Source: an uncultured virus (IMG/VR IMGVR_UViG_3300044631_001772) (taxonomy: Duplodnaviria > Heunggongvirae > Uroviricota > Caudoviricetes). Taken from it: a stretch of 64,000 bases of DNA. The DNA lies in the IMG/VR virus record IMGVR_UViG_3300044631_001772, positions 1-64,000 of that record; one strand, 5' to 3'. Below, one piece after another: positions 18,801-28,200 of the stretch; position 1 is the first letter of the stretch, and each line of letters opens with the position of its first letter. The position numbers and the translations under genes are program-made. Below the pieces are notes generated by a model that worked only from the letters and a program-made list of their open reading frames with translations, made no database searches and was not told the origin of the DNA.

Positions 18801-20635
18801 GAATTAATTGGATAATGCGAAATTCAAATACACAAGGTTATGAATTTGATAGTTTTATCTACACTGACAATATCAATTCAATAATTTATGATGATGACAA
18901 TTCAGTTTTTCTTGCTGCTGGTGGAGCAGTGGTGCCGGCGGGGATAACTATTAACAATTATCTATCAGTTTCCGATATCAATTCTTTAAGTTCTTTGTTT
19001 GTAGTTAAATCTTTCAAGATTACTAGACCTGGATATGGATTTAAAAAAGGTGATGTATTTAAACCAGTTGGTCTAGTAACTGCTTATGGTCTAGCAAGCC
19101 CAGTTTCTCAGTTTGAATTGACGGTTTTAGAAACCTTTACAGATTCATTTGGATCTTGGCAATTTGGTGAACTAGATTATATTGATTCAGTTCAAAATTA
19201 TCAAGATGGATCTAGAACTAGATTCCCACTTTATTATAATTCTCAACTATTAAGTTTTGAAAGAAGTAGTAGTGATTCAGATTCTCAGTTGATTGACTTC
19301 GATTCTTTATTAATAATTTTTATTAATGGTATTTTACAAGAACCAAAAGTTGCATATCAATTTGAAGGTGGAACATCATTTACATTTACTCAGGCTCCAA
19401 AACCAGAAGATCAAGTTTCAATTTTCTTCTATAAAGGTAGTTCTTCAGATAGTACTTCTGTTGATGTGTTTGAATCTTTAAAAATAGGAGACAACCTACA
19501 AGTTTATAGTAACAATGCTTTACTTGACATTACTACAACACAAAATATAAGAACAATTTCGGATATTCCTTCTTCCGACAAAGTTCAAACAAATCTATAC
19601 ACATTAGATGGTATTGATATCACATATGAAAAGCCTGTAAGTTGGACAAAACAAAAAACAGATCAAATTATTGACGGTAATATTGTTTCTAAATCTAGAG
19701 ACTCTATTGAACCACAAATATACCCAACAGCAAAAATTATTAAAAACATTGGCATATCTGATACTGAAGTTTATGTTGATAATGCACAGTTCTTTAACTA
19801 CGAAGGTGAATTACCAGGAAGTATTGATTTTAATGCTCTCATTGTCTCTGGTTCCCCAGACCCAGTTTCTGCCGCAATTACAGCGATTGTTTCTGCTGCA
19901 GGAACAATTCAATCACTTACTATTAATAATTCCGGAAGTGGTTATGTCGGTTCTGCAGTAACAGTTAAGATATCTGCACCACCAACTGTGGGTGTTGGCA
20001 TTGGAACTGTTGCAACTGCATCAATTTCCATTGTAAATGGTTCTCTTTCTGTGGCAACTATAACAAACCCAGGTTTTGGTTATACAACAAGTATTGTACC
20101 TCAGGTCATTGCCCCTCTACCAGATCCAACCTATGAAAATATTTCCGACATTACTGCACTTATTGGTGCATCAGGAAATATTACTGGAATTGGAACAACA
20201 GTTGGAATTGGAACTGATTTAGCAATTAAATTTACATTATCATCAGTTAATGGTTTATCAGTTGGTTATCCAATTTATATTTTTGACACCAAAGTTGGAA
20301 ATGGTGTTACTTCAATATATTCATCTAATGATGCAATTATTGGTATTGGAACTACATTCTTAGATAACATTTATAATATTAGTGGAATTGATGCTGGTGT
20401 AGGTATAATAACTTGCAATATTAGATCTAATTCTTCTATCGTAGGAATTGCAACTACAGGTTTAACTGTAGGAAAATTCTCTTGGGGCAAGTTATCTGGA
20501 TTTACAAGATCATCTTCACCAGTTTCAATTGCAGTTTCTGGGTTTACAATTAATGCTGGTCTTACGACGTTCCCAACCATTCAAAGAAGAGGATATGGTT
20601 TAAGGAATATTGGACCAATTGAAAAGAACTTGTGA
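6857..20635 (+). CDS. gp7: baseplate wedge initiator gp7-like giant protein (4592 aa)
   Basis: between gp6 and gp8; LYESKGTEESFRILF; YHYH-type segment HSPIIGWAYDG..DLDEYNGRFCVTPEF; YYQTLSYSVKS..LHPSGFKNF. Confidence 0.85.
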   Translation: MIQTGFESRVKIQQVIGNQLPEFILDESPKASEFLKQYYISQEYQGGTVDIAENLDQYLKLDNLIPEVVVGSTTLVSSVDSSDTEITVDSVKGFPPTYGLLKIDNEIITYTSINGNTFTGCIRGFSGITTYNAGITTSNTTNYSGDLLFSTSESASHDADSPVTNLSSLFLKEFYKKLKYSLTPGLENIDFVSDLNVGNFIKEARTLYESKGTEESFRILFNVLFGETPKIINLENNLIKPSSATYVRREVIVAEKISGNPLLLTGQTIKKTTDEVTSASVSEVEIIRRSGKVYYKLLLFIGYDDAFPTVTGNFNITSSTKNIEPVSVGDSVITVDSTIGFPSSGVLYSGNNEITYQSKSINQFFGCYGVTEEIDTASTIRSNDTYYGYENGDTSKKVELRITGVLSNFVPVTQSSSVDVGEEISIKHLGEVVENPIENASYKEIFANSWIYNTSSRYQIDSFSSGLTSQVVLKSEIDKSSLKVGDTIEILNRTTENIIASNLIVTQINGKQVTTNNSFELNSSFDYDIRRKLKFASSSIVPLEYENLTCDIQNVYVENDKFVYVASNSLPSYEITKNIFSYQASSVSGQNADTGDYSIINFIEKVSFYSGSEIYYSPSDSPISGLVEGTYYVDVINDKRQIRLYNSRSFVGSSNYIEFGNLTSGIHTFTLNSQKEGVISTQKILRKFPLSVNIADGESDLTPVGQVGILINGVEISGYKTNDKVYYGPLQSVNVLNGGSGFDVINPPTITPSSGNALLQPIVRGSFEKVYVDPQDFDIDTLVSIAVTGGNGRGASFEPVIELRNREIQFDARQIEFGGGVDTSVETITFLSSHGLIDGQPITYNPQNNASLGIGTFNGSNTNTGLTLKKDATYFAKYISDTTIQLYQQLSDCRLGINTVGFTTIGTSGIHKFATEPKKTLIDVKVINQGSNYENRKLRVKTTGISTVNSTVSFTNHGFADGDVVTYTYQTTGISGLSTSNQYYILKIDDDTFRIANAGIGATNPSNYQRRKFAEFESTGSGYQIFNYPEICLSVEYSAAGIGSIQSKRTIVSTPIVRGEIVGVYVYESGSDYGSSILNLHKKPTITIKNGKNAQLNPVIVNGAIQDVNIQYSGSEYYSTPDIKVTGSGTGAVIKPVITNNKLTDVVIINSGIGYTSTNTTLTIEPAGKNAILSSQVRSITVNKNLLYGEENDAREIANELLTSSLSNLEYSVCGYSENIQNEFGDDGSSHSPIIGWAYDGNPIYGSYGYSDPEDRNSPIKRLSSGYSLNTSNIENRPSSFDDGFFVEDYKFTNNGDLDEYNGRFCVTPEFSNGVYAYFATSEQNLFGDLVGQFPYFIGERYRSKFITENSSLDQTFDFNNSNLIRNTLPYKVNEEYAGNDFIIESNEVINQVTVVESVTTGSVENYQIIDSGDDYKIGDVLEFDQQNTGGAGLSAQISEVTGKEIVDINTSITSYDDAIFTWNNGQKIEVTVSPRHSLENLDYVNVSGFSSSLSSLNGFQQIGVTSYSSSLIQQMPAYSAAGIVTDIYIASIPENLSIGSSIGIEAETLSVLNIFNNIIRVRREATGSAHTATTPVYFIPNTFTINKSVDYFESKVNDLVYFNPKYSVGVGTTSGIGIAVTYNVGVQTNNIISIPTQSIYLPNHPFKTNQAVIFSNPSGTSAISVANTSSSASFNLPSSGDTQTVYVISQSVDYIGIVTQVGLTTSTKGLFFLSNGSNDYQYSLQSNFNQVKGDVEKVKAQVSVSTSHNLTSGDTIKLLVEPNLSVGIGTSTAVRVKRNVVADCVIIDSIEISYSDINTTTQEITIPSHNFKTGDRIVYVENKSISGQSNTVYYVYKVDSNRIKLCETLVDCLSNPPITVDIDAGTIKTFGNVGIAAAKWSGGVLANNGKIYGIPYNSSSILEIDPVGLTTNTFGNVGTGSAKWIEGVLANNGKIYGIPLSASQVLEIDPVGLTTNTFGNVGSSGLKWSGGVLANNGKIYGIPFGASQVLEIDPVGLTTNTFGNVGSSILKWFGGVLANNGKIYGIPYRSSTVLEIDPVGLTTNTFGNVGSTINKWSGGVLANNGKIYGIPFNVSQVLEIDPVGLTTNTFGNVGTGNNEWIGGVLANNGKIYGIPYNSSSILEIDPAVGIAITFGNVGTGVAKWSGGVLANNGKIYGIPYNSSSVLEFVTNPNDPENLPEIQKINPAIQTIKNNNLVFDLSDSSLSGYNFKIFYDQNFKDEFVSTGSTNSFSVSGVGTVGVSTNASLTINYSSELPTQLFYNLEKSGYISTADKEVQNYSQINFVDSYYNGFYSISGVGTTTFQISLPNLPENLNYTSNDCDTLEYTTNSSTASGGVSKIRTISPGVGFNKIPSFSGTNSTNGKGAYLIAKSSSIGNINQTRILNEGFEYPSDKTLRPTANIPKLLIIKDSNTISNISVSNGGKNYTTAPDLIIVNSETGEKIDSGLLTANLSGTGIISVNIVQGPKGLPSRPVDIKTINNTNGVGIQTITSSSSGIVTCYLVTPSSGFDIEPFTVGDKIFVEGIQKYSNDGDGFNSENYGYNFFTITAYENGGTLLTRKLEYNLSGLSTNVGIAKTVQESYGYIVNYNNYPVFDVTQTYSPFIIGENLSVQNETGFELQDLRVIQDNQNYIKVSGNYDINTNDVIRGIQSGNIATIDDVKITTGYFNIDYASTQRIGWSDDIGKLDEDTQVIPDNDYYQTLSYSVKSNQEWVDIVTPVNSILHPSGFKNFADTTIDKNVGVETTTASESLQILYDIIDERRVDTINNFDLVTDVDTINNSSRYLKFKNRKLADYIECRTNRVLAIDDISGEFSSSDSQSEGFANVLEITPSDKYNRYLVQIISDDNSQIQFTEIVVINDDTNIYTLEKSSISNLEDQIGDIDGYVDENNNFYLKFTPYDPYNIDYNIKILSDNFTTFFSGIGTYSIGFIDLIGSNASVSSGITTSLVSKNISQLEAIYSNIHILDTNTDEMNYVEIYVDHNGEDTNITEFYIDSNSELSSNFIGSFGASISGGILTLNYTNTSSNDVIIRSKNIGFNTTASGIGTYRFKKTGQLDGYERTVNYIANYSNVSSASTVISLNTTEFTSVKSTVRVSIGNTSALHQVMMIVNGTETYTVQYPSLSIGSTSGIGSFGGSISGSTASLIFYPDTSLSGTFEILSFNEKFYTYLDKINQPSDLEYANIIESIHTANYYSVNSENINRLDFELTYQGYPIFMKEFDPTDSSILNLSTGEFTIPNHFFSTGERLIYTPKTTFLGVGQTSVGIGSTLNSAGIVTNRLPSDVYVYKINNDKFKISTRKDYALAGIYVTFTSVGEGNAHQLEMYKKNEKSIISIDNIIQYPIAYSLITHTLDNYSSIGFTTSTFALSGISSIAVEDLLKVDDEYMKVNNVGFGTTVFGPISFTGSVPLVEVERGFVGSSATSHNNLSTANVYRGSYNIVGNKIFFTAPPTGSNMDQIGPDIDNLPEARSSFNGRVFLRKDYSSNQVYDNISEKFTGIDQSYTLSSQGINTVGLGTSGGSGIVLINGIFQTPTTQNNLNNNFRILENTTVGVSSIVFSGITSSNGSIIISQNDVNLNQLPRGGLIVSLGSTSGLGYAPLVGSSVTAIIGAGGSITSIGIGTTGNWGSGYRNPVSIAITESGHTGAAATISATVGAGGTLAFTVTGGGSGYTNPTIIIPSPNYENLSVTGVSRLGIGSTSSTGVGLLLNVEVGESNQEQLEPINWTLRSSPYNSGTFGIDIGNTNLVSYGNGIYIAAGEIYDSNLPFYDSYITTSTDAITWELRTSSIGGSTVFAITYANNVYVAGGVSGILNTSTDAITWELRTSSIGGSTVFAITYANNVYVAGGASGILNTSTDAISWTRRTSGFGNSFIYALTFANNTYVAGGFVSGGSGILGTSTDSINWTLRTTSFGNNNPIYALTFGNNVYVAGGYGGILNTSTDTITWIPTPSGFDTDSIKTLAFGNNSYVAGGNNGKIGTSVDGINWIMRNSNTQGYEFDSFIYTDNINSIIYDDDNSVFLAAGGAVVPAGITINNYLSVSDINSLSSLFVVKSFKITRPGYGFKKGDVFKPVGLVTAYGLASPVSQFELTVLETFTDSFGSWQFGELDYIDSVQNYQDGSRTRFPLYYNSQLLSFERSSSDSDSQLIDFDSLLIIFINGILQEPKVAYQFEGGTSFTFTQAPKPEDQVSIFFYKGSSSDSTSVDVFESLKIGDNLQVYSNNALLDITTTQNIRTISDIPSSDKVQTNLYTLDGIDITYEKPVSWTKQKTDQIIDGNIVSKSRDSIEPQIYPTAKIIKNIGISDTEVYVDNAQFFNYEGELPGSIDFNALIVSGSPDPVSAAITAIVSAAGTIQSLTINNSGSGYVGSAVTVKISAPPTVGVGIGTVATASISIVNGSLSVATITNPGFGYTTSIVPQVIAPLPDPTYENISDITALIGASGNITGIGTTVGIGTDLAIKFTLSSVNGLSVGYPIYIFDTKVGNGVTSIYSSNDAIIGIGTTFLDNIYNISGIDAGVGIITCNIRSNSSIVGIATTGLTVGKFSWGKLSGFTRSSSPVSIAVSGFTINAGLTTFPTIQRRGYGLRNIGPIEKNL
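12461..13360 (+). repeat. seven tandem 132-bp (44-aa) in-frame repeats within gp7
   Basis: units start at 12461, 12593, 12725, 12857, 12989, 13121, 13253; consensus NTFGNVGxxxxKWxGGVLANNGKIYGIPxxxSxxLEIDPVGLTT. Confidence 0.95.
18020..18975 (+). repeat. seven roughly 40-aa Asp-box/BNR-like repeats within gp7
   Basis: IxWxxRTS..YVAGG..GILNTSTD units; 18182-18301 and 18302-18421 differ at one base. Confidence 0.9.
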
Positions 20636-20641
20636 TATTGA

Positions 20642-20649
20642 TATAAATA
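20642..20649 (+). promoter_or_regulatory. T4-type late promoter
   Basis: TATAAATA before gp8. Confidence 0.8.
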
Positions 20650-20668
20650 TAGAAAAAACTATATTCAA

Positions 20669-22228
20669 ATGTCTGCACTTGTAACAGATCAATTTAGAAT
20701 TCTGAATGGATCCAATTTCATAGATTCTGTTCAGGATTCTTCAAATTCATATTATGTCTTTGTAGGTCTATCAAATCCAACTACCTCTGGTTTTGGTAGA
20801 GATTCTAATTGGGATACAACTCCACCTAATCCCACTGATAATATAGATTATTTGAATCAATACAAAACGACTGCTCTTTTTGGTAAAAAAATTACAAGTG
20901 CAAATGTTAAAAGAGTAGTTAGAAGAATTGATTGGGTAAGAGGTACAAAATATGAAATGTACAGACCCGATTACAGTGTTGTAAATCCTTCACCAATTAC
21001 CGGTGCAATGAGATTATATGATGCTAACTATTATGTTATTAATTCTGATTATAGAGTTTATATTTGCATTGACAACGGTTCCTCTGGTATTAATACAACA
21101 GGAAGTGCATCCCAAGATGAACCAACTTTTACAGATTTAGAACCATCTCCAGCAGGTGAAAGTGGTGATGGTTATCTTTGGAAATATCTTTATACAGTCT
21201 CACCGAGTGATATTATTAAATTTGATTCTATTGAATATATCATTGTACCAAATGACTGGGACACATCTACAGATGCCCAAATAACCGCTGTTAGAGAAAA
21301 TGGCGACTCCACTCTAAATGATAATCAAATCAAAAAAGTTTATATTGAAAAAAGAGGATTGGGGTATACATTGTCTTCTGGACAGTCTTGCAATATTATT
21401 GGAGACGGTAGTGGTGCCACAGTAACTGTAGAAGTGGACTCATCAGGAAGAATTACAGATACTACTGTAACTTCTGGTGGTAAAAATTATACTTATGGTT
21501 TAGTTGATTTAGGAACAACAACAATCCCAGGTCAATATGCAGAATTGATTCCAATCATACCACCATCAAAAGGACATGGTTTTGATATCTATAAGGAATT
21601 AGGTGCTGATAAAATTTTAATCTATGCTAGATTTGATGATTCAACTAAAAACTTCCCTATTGATTCGAAATTTGCTCAAGTTGGAATATTGAAAAATCCA
21701 TCAGTATTTGATTCTACGGGCATTAATACAACAAATTTTACATCAACAGAATTTTCTGCCGTTTACGCACTAAAACTTGGCGGAACACCATCAGGTTCAA
21801 TTTCAGTTGGAGATAAAATTCAACAATCAGTTACTGGCGGGAAGGCAATTGGTTATGTTGCATCATATGATTCTGAAACACAAGTTCTAAAGTATTTTAG
21901 AGATAGATCTTTATACTTCAACCCCACAACTTATGATCAAACTGATTATATTGGTATATCATCTACAGGAAAAGTATTAGATTTTAATTCAACCAATCAA
22001 ATTACAAAAGTTGGTGGTGGGTTTAATGCCTCTGTAGATAGTTCTTTTTCTGGTATTACAACAACAATTTCAAATAAAATTGTAAATCTGGGGGTAGAAT
22101 TTACAAATGGTCTTGCAAATCCAGAGATAAATAATAAGTCTGGTGATGTAATCTACATTGATAATAGACCTACAGTAACAAGAAGTTCTAGACAAAAAGA
22201 AGACGTTAAAATTATCCTGGAATTTTAA
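20669..22228 (+). CDS. gp8: baseplate wedge subunit gp8
   Basis: RRIDW..G..Y, RVYICIDN, DGYLWKYLY, C-terminal RQKEDVKIILEF. Confidence 0.93.
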   Translation: MSALVTDQFRILNGSNFIDSVQDSSNSYYVFVGLSNPTTSGFGRDSNWDTTPPNPTDNIDYLNQYKTTALFGKKITSANVKRVVRRIDWVRGTKYEMYRPDYSVVNPSPITGAMRLYDANYYVINSDYRVYICIDNGSSGINTTGSASQDEPTFTDLEPSPAGESGDGYLWKYLYTVSPSDIIKFDSIEYIIVPNDWDTSTDAQITAVRENGDSTLNDNQIKKVYIEKRGLGYTLSSGQSCNIIGDGSGATVTVEVDSSGRITDTTVTSGGKNYTYGLVDLGTTTIPGQYAELIPIIPPSKGHGFDIYKELGADKILIYARFDDSTKNFPIDSKFAQVGILKNPSVFDSTGINTTNFTSTEFSAVYALKLGGTPSGSISVGDKIQQSVTGGKAIGYVASYDSETQVLKYFRDRSLYFNPTTYDQTDYIGISSTGKVLDFNSTNQITKVGGGFNASVDSSFSGITTTISNKIVNLGVEFTNGLANPEINNKSGDVIYIDNRPTVTRSSRQKEDVKIILEF

Positions 22229-22231
22229 GAA

Positions 22232-25200
22232 ATGGCTCAGAAAACAAATCTTAATGTAAGCCCCTACTATGATGATTTTAATGAGCCTGATGTAGGCGCT
22301 AAAGACAAAAATTATTATAAGGTTTTATTTAATCCGGGAAAACCTGTTCAAGCGAGAGAATTAAATACTTTACAATCTATTCTACAAGATCAAGTAGAAT
22401 CTTTTGGTAGTCATATTTTCAAAGAAGGGTCAATGGTGATCCCTGGAAATATTGTTTACGATAATCAATTTTATTCAGTTAAATTAAATCCCACAATTTA
22501 CGGCGCAAATATTATTTCATATCTTGAGCAGTTTGTTGGGAAAAAAATTACCGGTCAAACTTCTGGGACTACAGCAACAGTACAAAAAGTCCAATTACCA
22601 AATTCAGAAGTTGAATATGCAACCATTTATGTAAAATATCAAGATTCCGATAATAATTTTACATTTAATGAATTCCAAGATGGTGAATTTTTATATGCGA
22701 GTGAAAATGTAGTATACTCAGGAACGACAATTGCTTCTGGTACACCTTTCGCTTCCACTATTTCCAATAGTTCAACTTCTACTGGATCTGCATCTTCTAT
22801 TGGTGAAGGCGTATATTTTATCCGAGGAACATTTGTACGTGTTCCTAAGCAAACAATAATTCTTGATTATTATTCAAACACCCCATCATATAGAGTAGGT
22901 TTAAGAGTAAACGAACAAATCATCACAGCAAAAGATGACCCGACATTATATGATAATGCAAAAGGTTTTACAAACTATGCAGCACCTGGATCTGATAGAT
23001 TTAAAATATCATTAACATTAGACAAAAAACTTTTATCTGACATTGAGAATGATACTGATTTTGTCGAGTTATTAAGAGTTCAAGATGGAAACATTAAAAA
23101 GATTGAAACTAAATCCCAATATTCTATTATTAGAGATTATCTTGCCCAAAGAACATATGATGAATCTGGGGATTATGTTGTAACTCCATTTCAATTTTCA
23201 TTAAACAATTCTCTTAACAATAGATTAGGAAACGATGGTCTTTTCTTTAGTAATGAAAAGACAGAACAAAATAATATACCATCAGATAATTTGATGTGTG
23301 TTAAGTTTTCACCAGGAAAGGCTTATGTTAGAGGTTATGATATTGAAAAAACTGGTGTAGAAATTGTAGATGTTCCAAAACCCAGGACGTCCCTATCAAA
23401 ATCAAATGTTAATATACCATTTGAAATGGGCAATTTGATTAGAGTCAATAATTCTTCTGGAGCGCCAAAACAAAAGTCTTCAATTGATCTCTATAACCAA
23501 AGAAAATCATCAACAATTGCTGCAACAGGAACAAAAATAGGTGATGCTAGAGTTTATGCTTTTAATTTAACTGATGCAGCATACTCGAATGTTGCTACAA
23601 ATTGGGATCTATACTTATATGATATTCAAACATATACACAATTAACGTTAAATCAATCAATATCTGGTGCTCAACTTCCAATAACATCCTTTATAAAGGG
23701 TAAGAGTAGTGGTGCAAGTGGATATGCCACTGCTGCCGGTACAGGTTCTGATATTATTTCTCTTAGACAGACATCAGGTACTTTTATTGTTGGTGAGCAA
23801 ATTATAATTAATGGTCTAGAATTATATCCCAGAACAATTAAATCAATTAGAGTATATTCCACTCAAGATATAAAATCTTTATTCCAATCAACTGCAACTT
23901 CTGGTTTTTCTACGGCTTTTGCGGCAGATGCTCAGTTAGATAAAACAACTGCGTTTGGATTTTCTCCAACAGATGTTATTACTATTCAATCATCAGGTGC
24001 TGTTTCTTCTTCAGGAAAACCTTTTAGTGGAATTGCATCTGATACAATTATCAGATACCAAAGAGTAGGTTTTGTTACCGAAACTTACAATAGAGTTCTG
24101 TCTGTTTCGTCAGATGGTTCATCTATGACACTTGTTGGTATTAATACTGTGTCGGGTGTTTGTGATGGTGGATTGCCATTATCACAAACAAGTACAACTT
24201 TTTCAATCGGTGCTCCAAAAATTAGAAATGAGCAAAAAGGTTACCTTTATGCTCAATTGCCTGATGCCAATATTGCATCAACTAACCTGAGTAACTCCAC
24301 ATTATCATTTACAGCACAATCTAACACAACTTTAACACCATCTAGCAACACTCTGACAGTTACAACAGGAAATTTTGATTTAGGGATTAGTTCATCATTT
24401 TCTCAATTCCAGTCTTTTGATGAGGAAAGATATTCAATTCATTATGCTGACGGTAGCATAGAAGGTCTAACATCAGATAAAGTAACTCTATCTAATAATC
24501 AAGTAACATTTAATAATATCCAAAATAAAAATATTTCTACAATTAATGCCACCTTTATTAAAAATGGCACACAAAGTAAAGTAAAACAATTTACGCGAAG
24601 TCAAACCATTAATGTAAATCTATCAAAATATCCAGAATCTGGTACAGGAATTAGTACTTCTATTAATGATGGATTAACATATAATCAATTTTATGGTTTA
24701 AGGGTTCAAGATGAAGAGATATGTTTAAAATACCCAGATGTTGTAAAAGTGATTGCAGTGTATGAATCTTTAAATACTTCAGCACCTTCATTAGATACTT
24801 TAACCTTTAGTTCAATTGCAAATGTAGATACAAATGCAATCGTTGGTGAGAATATTATTGGACAATCCAGTAAGGCAATCGCCAGAGTTGTAACTAAACC
24901 ATCTTCAAATAATCTTGGTATTGTGTATTTGAATACTAATAGATTTATTGCTGGTGAGAATGTTACTTTCGAAGAGTCCAACATTAATACATCAATTGCT
25001 ACAATTATCCAAGGAAATTATAAAAATATTACCAATAGTTTTACACTTGATAAAGGTCAAAAAGAGCAATATTATGATTATTCGAAAATTATTAGAAACT
25101 CCGGAGAATCTGCTCCAACCAAACAACTTTTAATCGTATTTGATTATTATTCAATTCCATCTGGTGATACTGGAGACGTATTTACAGTTAATAGTTATAC

Positions 25201-28200
25201 TGCAGAAAGATTTGGTTCCGATATCCCATCTATAGGTAAAGACAATGTGAGAGCATCTGATACCCTTGATTTTAGACCAAGAGTATCAATATTTTCTAGC
25301 ACAACTTCTTCACCATTCGACTTCTCTTCAAGATCTTTTGGAACTGATCCAAAGTTGATTCTATCTCCGAATGAAAATTCTTTGATTGGATATGATTTTT
25401 ATCTTGGAAGAATCGACAAGTTATATCTTGATAAATTAGGAAACTTCATTGTTCTTCAAGGAACCCCATCAACTGATCCTAAGGCACCATCAAAACCTGA
25501 TGATGTAATGGAGATTGCAACAATAAATCTTCCACCATATCTTTATAATCCAAAAGATGCGTCAGTCTTTCTTGCAGATAATAGAAGATATACGATGCGT
25601 GATATTGGTTTAATTGAAGATAGAGTAGAAAATCTTGAAAGAGTTACCTCTTTATCTCTTTTGGAACTTAATGTTCAAACATTACAAATTCAGGATGCAC
25701 AAGGTTTTAATAGATTTAAAACAGGATTTTTTGTCGATGATTTTAAAAACACAGATTTAATTAATACGGATGTATCAAAAGTTGAAGTAGATTTTGAGAA
25801 TGATGAATTAACTCCACAAATTAGTAGAAATAGTATTAATTTACTTCCTGTTTCTGCCCAGGTCTTTACCGACGAAACTTTAGATCTTAGTAGCAATTTC
25901 TCTTTATATGATTCAAATGTTCAAAAAATCAATGATGTAATTACATTAAAGTACGAATCTATTGGTTGGATTGAGCAACCATTGGCAACTAAGGTTGAAA
26001 ATGTGAACCCATTCCATGTCGTTTCTTACAGTGGAACTATTAAACTTAATCCATCTAGTGATAGTTGGGTAAGAACAATTAGACTTGCAGATGTAAATAT
26101 TAATCAAACAAACTGGGTCTGGTTGAGAGCAACTGGACGTTGGGCTATTGTTGGATCAAGTTCTTCTACAAATGTTGATGATAGATTACTTGCCAGTGGA
26201 ACCGAACTCTATATGAGATCCCGTAACACTGGTTTTAGTGCAGTTAATATGAAACCATTGACACAAACTTATCAATTCTTAGATGGTAATAGTGGTGTAG
26301 ATTTTATTCCAAAACTTGTTGAGATTGCGAATGATTCTACTCTACAAAACTATGGCGCATCGGCAGCATTTTCTGTTGGAGAAACTGTTGTTGGTTCATA
26401 TAATGGACAAAACTTAATTAGATTTAGAGTTGCAACATCAAATCATAAAGAGGGTCCATTTAGTTCCCCAACAACAACATATAATATTAACCCATACAAT
26501 AAGAGCGAAAATATTCCCTCTTCATATAGTTTAACTTCTAAAGTTCTCAATATTGATATTGATTCCCTTTGCGCTGAAGCTCAAGGTTTATATTCTGGTT
26601 ATCTTATTACTGGAATGAAATTAGTTGGACAAACTAGTGGTGCTGTTGCTTATGTTAAAACCCTTAGATTAATTACAGATAACTATGGAGATTTGAAGGG
26701 TTCTTTCTTCTTAAGAGATCCAAATACAAATCCTACACCTCCAGTTAGAATCGCCACTGGTTCTAAGGTTTATAAATTAACATCAAGTTCAACAAATCAG
26801 ACTCCACTTCCAGGAAGCAAACTTATTTGTTCTGCAGAAACGATTTATAAGGCAGAAGGTACTTGGGAACAGAGACAAAGAGTTACAACAACATCAACAA
26901 CCATTTATTTCGTTGATCCTTTAGCACAATCTTTCTCTGTTGGCGGAAATATTGAAGATACTAATGGCAATTCTCCAAATGATGATGCAAATGGTGCATA
27001 CTTAACTGCGGTGGATTTATTCTTTGCAAGTAAAGATCCAAATAATGCCCCACTAACGGTAGAAGTTAGAACTGTTGAACTAGGAACACCTACTAGAGTA
27101 ATTGTTGGCAATCCTGTTACCCTAAAACCAGATCAAATTCAAACGTCAACTAATGCGTCTGTTGCAACAACAGTAACATTCGACTATCCAATTTATCTTG
27201 CACCTGGACTAGAGTATGCCATTGTTCTTCTTGCCCCTCAAACTGATCAATATGAGGTTTGGATCGCAGAGATGGGTGAGAAGACTGTAAATACTGCAAA
27301 TCTTCCAGATGCTGAAAGTGTAAGATACACAAAACAGTTTGCAATTGGTAGTCTCTTCAAATCACAAAATGGTTCAATTTGGACTGAGAATCAATATCAA
27401 GATCTCAAGTTTAAACTTTACAAGGCAAACTTTACTGCAACAAGTGGAAGTGTATTCTTCCAAAATCCAACTTTAAACGAAAGTAATGGGTATGTTCCAA
27501 CACTTTCAAACAATCCAGTCACAACTTTACCTAAAAAGTTTGCAATTGGTATAAGCACTGTAACAAGTAGTGCAATGATTGGGATCTTAACGACTGGAAG
27601 AAAAATTGCAGACGCAGCAAAACCATACAATTATGGTTATATTGTTGGCACCGGAAGTTCGGTATCAACTGTAGGTATTACGACTGGTGGGTCAAATTAT
27701 ACAACCACTTCTAATGTTGGAACATATTCGATTACTGGAAGTGGAACTGGTTTGAGACTCAATATTACTGCAACCAATGGTGCTGTTTCTGCCGCTACAG
27801 TTGCATCTGTTGGAAATGGTTATGCAGTAGGAGATGTGGTTGGAATCACGACTGCCAATGTTTCACCTGCCGCAGGTCGTGATGCAAGAATTACAATCAC
27901 TGCAATAACTGGTTTAGATACCCTGTACATCTCAAATGCTCAGGCAGAATCATTTACAACCGTTGGGATTTCTACTTTAGTTTATTATAATGACTCTGGA
28001 ACTGCAATCTCTCTTGCAAGCACAACTATTAGAACTTCATCTCCAGTTGGTGGAATTTATGCTGGTAACTTTATGAAGGTAAATCATTTTGATCATGGAA
28101 TGTACGCAGCAAACAATAAACTTACATTATATAATGTAGAATCTAATATTATTCCAACTACACTTTCTTTACCTCTACTTTCAACAGACACTTCTATTAG

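Noticed and set aside
12461..18975. Diversity-generating retroelement template/variable repeats
   Set aside because: No reverse transcriptase in the window, differences between copies are not adenine-specific, and all copies are coding and tandem.
6857..20635. The 4592-aa ORF as a read-through or recoding artefact
   Set aside because: It is one open frame in the standard code with gp7-type ends, and neighbouring genes use TAA, TAG and TGA as normal stops.
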